A stretch of DNA of 64,000 nt from Nitrosopumilaceae archaeon (GCA_965207375.1 CBDBMG010000001.1:96001-160000), one strand, 5' to 3'. Shown: positions 39,301 through 52,146, counted from the stretch's first letter. Notes: generated by a model from the sequence alone, not told the origin. Program-made: numbers and translations.

Positions 39301-42300
39301 TTTCTAAAGATTTTGAATTGATGTTAGAGACACACATAGCTACAGGAACTAGCTATATTTGTCTCATAGAATCATTGCAGCTGGCAGTATTTGCATATCA
39401 TCTGCATGTGCAGCAAATGTTATATCCTGTTTTTGCACTCAGGTTTGCCCCACAATGCTATTAGCATCTGTTTAGTTTATACCCACTGTTATTAAGTATG
39501 GCATAACTCAATATGAAACATTATGGTTTCTGGCATTAGAAAATTCTTTAGCCTTTCATGCACCGGCAAGACTTTCGTGCACAAGAATTAAAATCTATTT
39601 ATAGCTACACTCCTTTTATTACATAGCTAGATACAAAGCAACAATAGATGGCCAACCCTATATTCCAAAATTTTGTTATTTACTTTATAGTATTTTTGTA
39701 TAAGTAAGAGAGTTGTGATACTGAAAGAAATATATAACATTTCAAGTACCAAGAAATAAAATTTGTTTGCAGGTGATCAAAAAATGTTTTGGGAACCTAA
39801 CTACGTATCAAGACTCACTATCGTGAGTCACAAGGCTAAAAAGAACTCATGATGGTTGAGGGATAGTACTTGGGGGAATTACAAGAGAAAAGCCCAAAGT
39901 ATTAATCCTCCCCTTTTTTACAAATTTATTTACTCTGCATACTTTATATAAGGTTTCTTGTCAGGATTTGCTTATAACTATAACATCTGTTTATGTATAT
40001 CCTAAACAAAAACAGCCTGGCTACAAGTACGAAGCCAATCAGACGCAACAATGGTTATAATCGACCAAAACCTCTGATATCAAGTAAAGCCAAGAAGTTA
40101 AACATTTTATTAAAAATCCTTTTACTTGAATGACATACAATAGTTTACAGGACATTTTCACAACTATGATTGGCTTTGTCACTTGGCCACCATCTTTTAT
40201 AAAGGTAGCCAAGTGACAAAGCCAATCAGTGTTGTGAAAATGCCCTGTAAACTATTGTATGTCATTCAAGTAAAAGGATTTTTAATAGGGCTGTGCGATA
40301 ATGGAAAAACCTATATCTCGATAATGCCGGTAATGCGCTACAAAATTATCTCAATAACGATAGTTATCGTGATAAAATTATGATAGGGTATTATGCATAC
40401 ATTTGGATTTTTGTAATTCCAAAATTGTTTTGTGTACTAATGTATTTGTATGTTTTGTGTAATATACAATAGTATCCGGAAATTTACTATTATCACGATA
40501 ATAAAATTATTATCTTTATCACGATAATGAACTTATTATCTCGATAATAGATTTATCTAAATTATCGCACAGCTCTAATTTTTAATAAAATGTTTAACTT
40601 CTTGGGCTTATATACAGTTGCTTATAATCATTGCTGCTTATGATTGGCCTCCCACTTCTTTTTACAACCAGGCTGCTTTTGTATACATCACACTTTATAT
40701 TGTTAAGTAGGAATCAACATGGAAAAGTTGATGTCAAAATTTTATGCCTACAATAAGCTTTACCGTTGGTGATGATGTAAAAACACTGTAATCTGAAAAT
40801 GCTGATGGTGTGATCTGTAGAGAATTCAAATTTTTCCTGGTACTATGGGTGGGCGGTATCACAAAAATGGAGACGGTACGGTATTATTTTAAAATATCAC
40901 AGTATTACTAAATATCACGATATTGTCATCATCATAATGTTCAATTGTTATTGCATCTCAGTGCATCAAAATTCATCTAAAATCTCATCATTAAGTACGG
41001 TAGTACTTAATAGTAGGGATTGGTAGGAAATTATATGGCTTCCGGAAAAATTTGTGCTTTAAAAATCAACCTTGCAATAGGATTTACCCGAAAAAACCGC
41101 ATTGGTAAGGCTGTAATGATGCTGTACCTTGGTTAAACAAAGCGACGAGTCAAATATTTCGACCTACAGCCAACTTTGAAAATTTCGAAATTAATCTGTA
41201 TTTCGCCTGCCGTAAGATCGGGTTGCGCTAGGCCCGGTGTAGAGCTCCAGAAATTTCACACAATAAAGGTAATGGCGGCGGATTTACAAAAATGTTGTTC
41301 CGAAGACGATTTACCCACTGTGCCATGGCGATTCCCTTTATCCTTTATTCCCTTCCTTGTTCTTCTATATTCCTTTAGCAAGGTGCTAATCTCACCGAAG
41401 ATGACGATAGCCTGTTTAATACGGCTTCTGCTTATTACATCACACAAAAACCTGGCTTGCACGTGATATAATTAGTTACAGTGGCACGATGTTTTCGCGT
41501 GTACTTTATTACTTTGTAAACTTCGAGATTATAGCCTTGGACAAATAGCTTTTGTGTTTTCGAGTGTTATTTGCTATCATACAGCTACTTTGCCATGTAA
41601 GCGCGTTGTTAACAAGCGCCTGTAAACAAGCATAATTATTACGTAAGTGCCTGTAACATTTTGCGCACCTGCTAAAAGATTATTGAATGCTTAGCATGTA
41701 TAAAAAGTAAACAAACTAGAATGATAAAAAATTAAAAATTTAAAAAGGTAAGTAGGGATTGAATTTTGGATTCAATAGTGCTACAAAAAGTAAGGAAACA
41801 AGGAATAAGATTTTGGGACGAGAGAACATTCTGGCATGAGATAATTTATAAAAGTTTAATTCCTACTTTTGGCAAACCTATAAAGTGAGCATCTCATGCC
41901 AGAATATTGTTTCTTGTTGCCTCACTTTTCACAGTGTAGATAAATCTCTACTTAGTTTTTAAAGCTTTAGGACACTGTTATACCATTACCGTCCTGAAAC
42001 ACGTCACTGCAGCAGTCAGCAGAAAATGTGAGGTGAAACACAATCCACACCTTCTCCTGTAACATGTTTGTCTTACCATTATTATATAGTGAAACAATGA
42101 TGGTAAAATTTTTATATGATAAGTTTATTGTATATCTACATAAAAGTTGTTCAATAGTGAGTTGCATGGCCATGAAAAACAGGCTATCCAATGGCTACTG
42201 AGAGTCTATTTACACTAGCAAAGTGTACAAAAACCAGAAAACAAAAGTAACCTTTCCAAAACTTGAATTCTAACCTTTCCACAACCTGAATTGCTTCCTT

Positions 42301-45300
42301 ATTGCTCGTATTAATTTATTAATCCAATATGTATTGCACTTTTACACAGTAAACACCTAATACTAATATATAACTTGTATGTATTATATTGAAATACTAC
42401 AGTAAATAGCCAATAGAAATGCTATAACACTTGTTTGTCACATATCTTGCTCAATCAAAAACTGTAATACGCTTATACTAATTAGTAGTTTACATTGCAT
42501 TAAACAAAACCATTCGCTTTCTAAATCATTCTCTGCTGGGTAGTACATGTTGTTGCCACTGTTGCCAAAGTTTCTAATAATTTGTTTTGTGAAGCGTGCT
42601 ACATAACCATACCTCTTCACTAGCGTGGATTGCTGTAGTATTTGGAATTAATTGCACTGCAATTAATTAATTCCAAATACTATAGCAACCCATACTATTA
42701 CATATACTAATTTATGAGTTGTGATATCAAATTTGGTAGACAAGGCCTGTGCAGGTAACTACGTATGCTGATAATGATGATCCAAGGAATGCATTTATCA
42801 AGCATATAATATGCAACTTTAGTGGACTGTGGGATACCAGAGATACCAACTAATGGAATAGTCAAGTTTCAAAGTACAATGACAGGAATTATTGCAACTT
42901 ATGAATGTAATGAAGGATGTGTTCTTGACGGAGTGATTCAACGAGTTTGTGAGGGCAATGGTCAGTGGTCTGGCAATGTACCACAGTGTAAAAGTAAGCT
43001 AATCATTTTCATTAAGGTTGTAGCTACGCACATAGTTGTTAATAGTACAGTAATAATGATAATCATTAAATGAGTCAATAATGACTTAATGTTTTTAAAA
43101 TTTGATCTATAGCTACCTTATATAGGCCAGGTATTATTAATTTTAGTGATTTTAGCAAATTAACATAGCATTTATTATCTTTTGCATAGGCGAGATACTG
43201 TACTGTATTGCAAGTGTACTGTATGGAAAATACAGTACAGTGGTTGGCAAATACAGCACAGTGGACAGTCCAGAGGTATCAAAAATCTAATTAAGGGAGA
43301 GATTATCATAGACCGCATAAACAATGCATCAGTAAACAACGTAGTAGCTAAATCTCAATGTTAGTCGATATTTTAGTAGCCTTTTTATTGTACTATTCTA
43401 TTCAATGCACTTTGCATGGACATGTTAACTGGATTCAATTTAGGATGCTACTGTCATAACAAATTACATAAGTGTCTAATCAAAATTACTTTTGTTCAGA
43501 TTAGCATATTTTATGCTAATTTCAAGCACTGCTTTAAGTTTATTGTTTTGCATGAGAGGGCGCCAGTTAAACATTAGCTCTCATGTTACCTTCTCTTATT
43601 TGCTAGCTTATTTGTTGTAAGAAATTATCGCCTAAAGATCCTGGATCATTAGATCTTACTAAAAATCGGTTTGTAAGAATCTCGGTAAGGCCAACATTTA
43701 TCGATACCTTGTTTCCTGTCCACTACCCACATCTGTTTTTAGGCACTGCATCAAGATTTATTGCGTATTTCAGTATTTAGAAATATACTCTAAATTTCTT
43801 AATTACATCTGCATTCTTTGTATATCAAAATCTAATATTTAGCCAATCATATCACGGAGGTGGCGAACCCATAGCTATCTACTGGCTTCTTTCAGGGTTC
43901 CATTAGCATTAAACAGTGGACTTATCAGTAAAGAATATTTTGTTTAGACATTTTGTCCGACCAAAACTATAAATGTTCAGACAAATATCAATTTTGGTCA
44001 GAAAATGTCCAATGGCCGACCACTATTTCAAGCACTGCTAAAATGGCTAGTTGTGTGAGGATTTTCAGTACCTACACAACTATCCACTATTTCAGGATGG
44101 ATACTATTTAAAGTGAATGCATGTAGCTAGCATCTTACCAAGTGTTACTAAACTTGGGAGCTACGTATGTCTCCTGTACTAGATTTGTATTTCTGCACAA
44201 TAGAGATGTTGCAATTGGCATGTCTGATTATTGTACCTGCATGGTGCCTATACTGATGGCTGTATCATAGATACCAGTCTGGAAAGTCGGTATGTGTGCA
44301 TATGAGTGTGTGTCCCCATCCCAGAGCTATAAAAGACTATTTATATGAAATAAAGTAATTTAATTGTATAGTGCCTTGTTTTTGGATGGTAAAACATCAA
44401 CTTGGGCTGGGTATTATTATCATAGACAAATTTTAGCAATTTTTAGCTGCTCGGGTTTGATTTTTCAATAGTTAATAATATTCATGTATAGGCCTGAGTC
44501 GATTATGCCAGCATAATTTTTAGCATAATAGGTGTGCAAAAGCATCAAGCATAATGCCAGCATAATAGGCATGATTTTGCGAATGCGGGCGCAAGCTGCA
44601 TATTTAAACTTAATTTCAACATTTTTACAGTCTAAAAACTATAAAATACTCTTACTCCACAGCTCCACTGCTAGGCAATGCTTCACAGTTTAAGCTTCTA
44701 CAACTCCTTTATAGTCGCTATATTATATTAGGCATCACTAAAATGGTTATAACAACTACTGGCATGTGACAGGTCAGATTTTAGGCAGGTTTTTGCATTA
44801 AACTGTGTATTATTACTAGCATAATTGACTGTGGAGTAGCATAAAATCTAGCATAATAGGCACAAAATTGGAGCAATGCCAAAAAGCATAATAGGCAATT
44901 TTCAGAGCATAATAGACTCAGGCCTATTCATGTATACAGTCATGTAATGTATACATCAGAGTTTGTGCCAGCCTTTGGCTGGTGTGTGCTTTGAACACTC
45001 AAAACCTGGTTTTTGTGATACTGTTATCAGTTTTGGTCATATTTTATACGTACATGATAACATCACTACTTATGCGATACATATGTGACCCTATCCTCAT
45101 ATCATTTTTTATTATTCATAATTCTAATGATAATTTGGCAGCTATAGCTATTTGTAGTAGCTATAGGAACATTTGAACTTGATACTGTTTGATAGTTATC
45201 ATGTATTTTCCACAGATGCTGCTCCCAATATTATAACTCAACCTATTGAAGCAAGTGCTGCTGCTCCATTTAGTGCCATGTTTACTTGTTCTGCCAAAGG

Positions 45301-48300
45301 ATGTGGTGAACTAGAACTAGATGTAATCTGGCATAGGCAAAATGGACCTTTACCACAAAAAGCTTATTCTACAATGACAACATCAGTGAATGAAACCACA
45401 AGTACTCTTACAATTCCTAATGTAGCCATTGAGGATATTGGTACATATTATTGTGTTGTGTGGGCCAGCAATATAGCAACTCAGTCTAGAATGGCAAATT
45501 TGCATCTTGCAGGTAAAGCATGTTTTGAAATTATGTTTGTTTTTATGACATTGCTTAGATCCACCGTTACTACCAGTAGTAGCAGTTGCTCCTGTAGTAA
45601 ATCTTACTGTTAATAATTTTAATTTGACAATGAAATGTATACCAGATAACAATCACTCACTCTATACATATACATGGATAAAGAAAAATGAGATTCTTTC
45701 ATCAAGGGCCCAAGGAATTAATTCACTATGCCTGACGATTGTTAATTTGAGACCAAAAGATTCTGGAGACTATCAATGTGTAGTAAGTAACAGAACTGGC
45801 AAAATTAGCTCTAATTTTTCTACTGTGAACATTACAGGTAAAAAGAGATGGTTGTATTATACTATTCAAATTACTTTTTCATGTTTACTTTTGTAGTGTC
45901 TTCACCAATAATTATAAAGCAACCAGATGATGTGAATGTTGCAGTATATAATTCTGCTTCATTTATGTGTGCTGCTTGTGGTTATGGTTCAATAAAGATT
46001 GTATGGAAAAGAGTAAACTATACTTTACCTATTACAGCTGATGTGACTGAAGAGGAGTCATTGAATCAGCTCACTAGTACACTAAGAATTTCTGAAATAG
46101 TTGGTTACTACAGTGGACAGTACTACTGCATTGCTGAGAATAAGGCTGGGAAAGTTACTTCTAAAGTAGTTAATCTTCATGTACAACAAAGTAAAGGATA
46201 ACTACTGCATGTATAATGGCTATACACATACGCCAGGGAGTCTACGAATTTTATAAACCCATAGGCCCGAGGCTGTAGTGCACGAGTGCAGCGAGGGTGC
46301 TACTAAGAGTCTGGGGGTTTATAGAATTTGTAGACTCTATATGATACTATTTGTCACTTCGACCGACAATTTTCGTAAACAAATATTAGTGGTCACACAA
46401 AATCTAGGCACCATGGTGACCACATAGCTATTACTTAAGTGCCTGCGCATCTCATGTAGTCATGACAACTGACAAATCGATATGTGTGGACCTCAGCTTG
46501 CCTAACTAACGAAGTGTATCATCTAAACCTGTTGTTAAAGAGTAAGTCAATATTGTATTAGCTGGTTTTTTAACCGTAAAAGGCATTAAATGCATTGGAA
46601 GGTGTTTGTATTATAAGAGTGTTTTTAGTGCCTAAAGGTGTGGAGTATAAGAAAACAAGGTGGAGTATAAGAGATTTATGTCCCAGCTAAAACATGTGAC
46701 ATAGATATTATATTGTCAAACATATTTATCACATCACATGGCAATCAACTATGTAGCTAGCTATAAAGCCACAGCAGTGGCGGGCTAAACACATGTCAAG
46801 TAGTCACCCTTCCAAGTGGGCCCACTGATTTGTGCTCTAGATACCACCAAAAGTAGCCAAATCAGTAGACAACATCACTATGTGGCAATTTACAGCCAAT
46901 AGCTTTTCATTAACAGCCAGCAGAGCCAATTGAAGACAATCCGGGCATTACATAGGAAACGGTGGCATTAACTACTAATATAATCACAGGCCTAGGATGC
47001 TATCTTTAGCATTTGAATTTCTTTAGAAGCTAACATTTAAATACCTGGTGTCTATAGCTATATCTGCAGTTGGAAAATTTAGCTATAAGCGAAGAAGTGT
47101 CAGTTAGCTACAGGAGTTAGCTAAGTCCCTCAATTCTACCACATAATTATATTATTTGTGCATGTTTGTAAGTATAGGGACTATCAGTGTAATTATTACC
47201 GTTTGCTTTCAGTCCGCCACCCAGAAATGATTATGTCATTTGAAAACATCACAGTGTTTCCAAACCAGGACATACATTTAAACTGTTTAGCATTAAGCTC
47301 AGGAGTATTAATGTATGACTGGAGCAAGCGTGATGGACATTTACCACAAAATGCAACGCAATCTTGTGTTCGCAAAACCTTTTTTAATTCATTTGGTGGT
47401 GAAGTTACACTTGTTTATGATTTGGCAATTCACAATATTCAACCGTCAAATGAAGGATGGTACTGCTGCACTGCTACTAATGAGGGTGGGAATACAACAG
47501 AATGTCAATGGCTGGAAGTTAACAGTTAGTTGCAAATGTAGTTTAACTCTTGAACAAATTATAACTGTTTTGCTAGATCTAAAACAATATTCTCATGTAT
47601 GTATGTAGCAGTGGCAGATCCAGAAGGGTTTCTGCAGCAGAAACCCCCCTTTGAAATCTTGGAGATATGTTTGCAAGCATAAAAACTAATAGCTACTTTA
47701 TTTAATTCCCATCTTCATAATAATCACCAACATACAATTAATTTTACCTTAAAAGGTATCTAGCTACAACTTTGTATTTTGATCTGTGGTAATGTGTGCT
47801 TGAGACAAACAATATATAGTGTATAAAATACTATTATGATAAACGATATTGTTATATACGTACATATATGCATCATGATAATGGTACAGTTGTAAAATTA
47901 TTTTTATCATACATCACTACTCCTAACCAAAATGTTATAGCTATATTGTTACAGCTCTTCCCAATATTACTATGCAACCAACATCAGTAACCTTCAAAGC
48001 AGGAGACCTAAATGTAACAGCATTATCATGCAAAGCTGTCGGAATAGAGCCCTTTTATTATCAATGGGATAGATACCACTTGTTGAGTGACAGTTGGATA
48101 AAACCCTCTCACAGAGCTGTGGATATCACATCACCAAACCTGAAATTTAGTATTATTACAGAGGAAGATGAAGGTGCTTACCGCTGTATTGTCACCAATG
48201 ATGATGGTAATGTAATATCTGACAGTGCTACTGTTTTTGTGTACGGTGAGTATTCATAGATATTATAACTATGCTGTGATACTACAAAATATTTGTAGGT

Positions 48301-49180
48301 CCTCCTGTTATTATTTTGATCAGTAACTCTACAGTTTCACTGGAGGGAGACAAAATTAATTTATTATGCACTGCCATTAATGATGCTCATGCCAATTATT
48401 CATTACAAATAAACTGGTTTAAAGGAAATAAGCTTATAATACCAGAGAGGAAACGTATTTTGCTATATAATGAAACTGTTAAAGATTCTAGACAACTTAA
48501 ATCAACACTAACATTTGATGTTGTTAACCCTACTGATGATGGAGTGTACACATGTCGAGCTTTTAATCATCCTGATTTGTACTCTGAATCAAAAATAAAT
48601 TTAATCATTGAATGTGAGTTAGCTAATAATATTGCCGCAATTTAATGTTTCTCCATTCAGATGGTCCACGTGTTTCCATAGTAAATCAGTCACCTTACAT
48701 GACTACTGTGGGTAGTGTGGGGACAATATACTGTCGAGCTAGTGGTAAACCTATTCCCACTGTACAGTGGTACAAAGATGACTTTCCTGTTAATCCTCTT
48801 TCGTCAAATTTCCAGCAAGTGTTTTTAGTCCCAACTGATACTCCACACACTACAGTGTACACTTGTGTAGGCGTAAATTATGCTGGAGGTGAGAAGCATG
48901 TAGGATTAGCAAACATTACTGTAATTGTAAAAGGTAAGGGAAATAAATTGCTAACTTAAATATAGCTACAGAATTTTACTTGAATACTACAGATGTAAAA
49001 CCTTGCCTTCCACTTCTTGAAGCTCCCAAGAATGGAGAAAGAACTTTGATTAGAATGAATGGCTTCGTAAAGTACATTTCATTCAGCTGCAATTTAAATT
49101 ATGTCTTGAAAGGCCAGTCCTTAGCAGCATGTATTAATGGTGTGTGGAGTTCATCAACACCAACATGTAATACACAATAG
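24340..49180 (+). CDS. Gene B: secreted multidomain protein, signal peptide - IgGFc-binding protein N-terminal (FcGBP-N) domain - Calx-beta - Sushi - 7x Ig - Sushi, ~1438 aa
   Basis: Exons 24340-24427 (MKLFVQFVLLMLLSC...), 30494-31927 (SNDAYLALP, ANKPISVFSGHECA, EQLQPIDTWG, DPFML), 33175-33324, 33383-33607, 42823-42993, 45216-45512, 45559-45837, 45897-46190, 47213-47524, 47955-48245, 48299-48613, 48661-48933 and 48993-49180. All introns are phase 1 GT-AG, all internal exons are multiples of 3, and the total is 4317 nt open. No TM segment. Joins across the long introns are inferred. Confidence 0.82.
24553..25972. mobile_element. TAGGGAT-family non-autonomous element with 5' hairpin and 3' 169-bp fold-back
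   Basis: Starts with a tandemly duplicated hairpin attaagtacggtagtacttaat followed by agtagggat; arms 25610-25778 and 25804-25972 with a 25-nt spacer; homologous to 40988-41930. Confidence 0.8.
27751..28581. mobile_element. Kolobok-like non-autonomous element
   Basis: TIR aggtag(t/a)ctgcaatggaaaa; TTAA on the left, ATAA on the right. Confidence 0.7.
28840..29505 (+). mobile_element. Helentron/DINE-like non-autonomous repeat
   Basis: GC hairpin aaaccaggcgcgcgccggcc-gaa-ggccggcgcgcgcctggttt, (TG)n tract, subterminal gcctggtttt at ~29475. Related copies at 14065-14430, 44270-44405 and 53880-54430 (reverse). Confidence 0.65.
32125..33110. mobile_element. TA-flanked (Tc1/mariner-type) MITE interrupted by a MULE-type MITE
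   Basis: ta|ctgtatagcctaaatttttcaaggg ... cccttgaaaatttaggctatatgg|ta. Confidence 0.7.
32236..33009. mobile_element. Mutator/Foldback-type MITE with ~350-bp TIRs
   Basis: gggtgtgtggaaa.cctggaatgccagatcaaccc at both ends in inverted orientation; perfect 9-bp TSD attcaatac. Confidence 0.92.
33694..34078. mobile_element. Young MITE with perfect ~74-bp TIRs, P-element-like ends
   Basis: caagagttcataatatatatagagaggagagtgtcctactatacaataggctgtacaaacgcgtagcgtgaagt perfectly inverted; 7-bp TSD ataatat. Confidence 0.88.
35151..35493. mobile_element. hAT-type MITE
   Basis: TIR tagaggtg(g/c)accgata; 8-bp TSD gttgaaat; internal accgata subrepeats. Confidence 0.9.
35539..38095 (-). mobile_element. 5'-truncated, inactivated Kolobok/Mutator-like DDE transposase fused to a YqaJ/lambda-exonuclease domain
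   Basis: Minus-strand MHGLRYLWLIGDGDSSVY...KVECANHAVKCYRNRL (38080-37930, followed by an in-frame stop), TTNITENFMS, GASPDGLV...VEINYP and YYYQIQGQLQITCRQWCDFVVWT, with frameshifts; terminus TTAA|GGTGGCGG at 35539. Confidence 0.78.
37523..37602. repeat. Perfect 7-bp tandem repeat (CCTGCTG) x ~11 inside the dead transposase ORF
   Basis: Read directly from the sequence. Confidence 0.95.
38118..38710. repeat. Long palindrome, ~292-bp arms, 9-bp spacer, made from host intron sequence
   Basis: Arms 38118-38409 and 38419-38710 with about three mismatches; the right arm is collinear with the single-copy paralogous segment at 15470-16100. Confidence 0.92.
40010..40680. mobile_element. Fold-back MITE centred ~40197, interrupted by a hAT MITE
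   Basis: aagaagttaaacattttattaaaaatccttttacttgaatgacatacaatagtttacag inverted; arm continuity is restored on removing 40286-40585. Confidence 0.75.
40286..40577. mobile_element. hAT-type MITE
   Basis: TIR tag(g/a)gctgtgcgataat; 8-bp TSD atttttaa. Confidence 0.9.
40988..41930. mobile_element. Second copy of TAGGGAT-family element with partial 3' fold-back
   Basis: Same 5' hairpin and body as 24553-25778; atctcatgccagaat after the terminus is the reverse complement of attctggcatgagat. Confidence 0.78.
44489..44926. mobile_element. hAT-type MITE
   Basis: TIR taggcctgagtc(g/t)attatgc; 8-bp TSD ttcatgta; agcataat subrepeats. Confidence 0.9.
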
Positions 49181-49904
49181 TAGTTGCTGATATCTACATA
49201 TCCAGCTATGTATACATGTAGCTATGACTAACTTGGTAGCTATAATATTGATATTGTTTTTGTATAATCTATAGGCAGCTAGTTGGCTACATCGCCATAA
49301 TTTGAACAGCAATGACTTTGCAATTATAGCTATATATAGCTAGATTGCATGCACACATAGCTAATTGCCCAATAATAATATTGACATTTTGCAACATACG
49401 TAGCTATAGCTAGCTACAGTGATTTCCTAATCTAAAACTTAACTTTATAGCTAGTTGTAGCTACGTATGTACCATACCACGTAAAATTTTGATGGAAAAT
49501 ATTGACGAAGCTGACTAATTTTACCGATTTGTCAAAATTCAAATTTTTTTTAATAATAGCTAATTCATTAAATGTTTGTAGCCAGCCTGTGGCAGCCACA
49601 CCACCATTACTACTACTCCAGCAGCATGTTTGTATGTAGCTAAAAGTGTTCTAATTTGTCAAAATTTTCCACACTTGTGTTGGCTACATGTTAGCTAATA
49701 TGAATATAGACAGTATGAATAGTTAGCTATGTATGTTGTTAAATGTAACTAAACACTTTTTTAACACACATTTATGTACACAGCTTGCCATATTGCTTCA
49801 TTTATTACTTGCATTAGCTAGCTAGCTAGTTAGTATGTTTTAAACCATGCAAGTGTAGCTAGCTACATCTAGTTATATTAGCTATTAGCTATTGTCTCTG
49901 AATG

Positions 49905-50195
49905 TGCATGTGTGTTGGTGTGTGACTGTGTGTATTGTGTATGTGTGTGCGTATATGTATATGTGTGTATGTGTGTGTTGTATGTTGTGTACTGTGTGTG
50001 ACTGTGTTGTATTCTGTATGTGTCTGTGTGTGTATGTGTGTGTTGTGTAATGTGTGTGTGTGTGTGTGTGTGTGTAACTGTGTGTGTGTAGTATGTATGT
50101 GCAGTATGTACGTAGTTATGTGTAGTGTGTGTGTGTGTAGTGTGTGTGTATATGTGCTATGGCATACAGTGTGTGGGATGTGTGTGAGTGTACAT
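49905..50195. repeat. Degenerate (TG)n microsatellite
   Basis: Read directly from the sequence. Confidence 0.9.
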
Positions 50196-50542
50196 GAGGA
50201 TGGGTATTGTATGCCTCATAGGCATCACATAGCTAAATGAAAAATATCGGTATTGTGTGATTGGCCGATTAGTTAACTTTGTTTAGGCCAAAATTTATCA
50301 ATACCTGTGCAATGCCTGCATCTGTTTTAGCCACCGCATAAATAATTTTATAGGTATCCTGTTTGTACCTAAGAAGTTAGCTATAGATATAACATTTTGC
50401 TAAAGCTATAAAAGAAATTCTTTGTATAAACTGTAGCTAAGCGTATAGCTACATGAAAATTTGATACATGTATACCAAAATGGCTAGTTCACAGAAAACA
50501 TCATGTAGCTATAGCTAGTTAATCACATGATTATGAGAACAG

Positions 50543-50660
50543 TATAGCTATATAGCTATATATAGCTATATAGCTATATATAGCTATATATAGCTATATA
50601 GCTATATATAGCTATATAGCTATATAGCTATATATACTAGGTATATAGCTATAGCCTTAA
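50543..50660. repeat. Self-complementary (TATAGCTA/TATATAGCTA)n tandem array
   Basis: Read directly from the sequence. Confidence 0.9.
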
Positions 50661-52097
50661 ATTTTTAATAAAATAGCTATAGCTATAGCTATTACTATAG
50701 AAGCCCTATGGCTATATATATGTAGCTATGATAGTATAATTTTAATTCCAATGTAATTCTCATAGGTCACTAGGCTCTTGTTATTGCAGCTATATTCATC
50801 AACAATCAAATCCCTCTTATTGTTGGCATATTAATCTAATCAACATGTACATAAATGAGTTTTCTAAATAATGCAAATTATGACTCTTTACATGCACTTT
50901 TTAATCATGTTAATTGAGCCATATAGCTAGAACTTGAACAGTTGCATAGGGATATAGCAAATGTCATTCCTAACTAATAACTTCATAAAGGCTGCAATAA
51001 AATTACTTATATATCTGGTGTTAGCATATCCATTATGCTAATATTTTGCGAATATTGTGGACCAAACCTTTGGGTACAGAAAGCAGATGAATAAAACAAC
51101 GAAACGCTCTATTAAAGCAGTCAGGTTTGCAGTGTGTTACTCTAATAGAGTGATAAAATATTTGAGTCAATGAAACTGTAGAGGATAATGTGGACAGGTA
51201 GTTATATATAAGGAAATTTGAAACCTGAGATAATTTCTCAGCCCTATAATAAGGGCAAATTAATTTGCTTATATATAGGACCCCAAAGTTGCTAAGGCCA
51301 GCCCAGCCTGGTCATCATGTAGTTAAAATAGCCATGCAGCTGGCTGTAAAAAGTGTGAGGCCAATTGCAATCAGAAGCAGCATCACATCTATATGTATAT
51401 GCATGCAATAGGGTATTTTTCACAACTATACGATTAGCTTTGTCACTATAGTAATATAATTGGTTAGCTTTACAAATAATGTGATTAAAAAGATGTCCAA
51501 GTGACAAAGCCAATCATATAGCTATGTATAGCTAGTTGTGAAAATATCCCATCTTTAATTAAGGGGGCTCGAGTGTATAACAGCGGAATGACTGCTGGAC
51601 TCAATGGTGCCAAGGAATACCATTACTGCATGTGCGAACTTCGGATCAACTGGAAGTTTGTGCATATAATTTATGTCAGTTGATCCGGAACTTCTGGACC
51701 AGCGAAAGCTATAGCTATGCAATTAATCAAGTATTAACATTCAAGCGAATCACTGGCTTTACTATGACCAAACCTAAAATTCTCATTCTTTGTCTGACGA
51801 TTTTATGGCAGGTGTAAAAACGTCACCTTCATCCATTATATGAAAATCACGTGACTATCGGATATTTGCGAAGCTTGGATAAGATGAATCCATAGATATA
51901 CACGTGGGCTATATAATGTATGGTGGTGGCCGGAATGTTTATTTCATGATCAGTTTAATCGATCAGTGTACGAGAGAACTGAATGAAATGTTATTTATAC
52001 GATTTGTCCTTTTGACGTTATTGTCATGTGTTGATCGTTGCTATAGTGAGTAGTGAGAGAACCGTCTTCCTTCCTGGACACGGTAAGTTCTGCATTC

Positions 52098-52146
<49 letters not shown>

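Noticed and set aside
49935-50240. Cys/Val-rich 101-aa ORF
   Set aside because: Translation of the (TG)n microsatellite.
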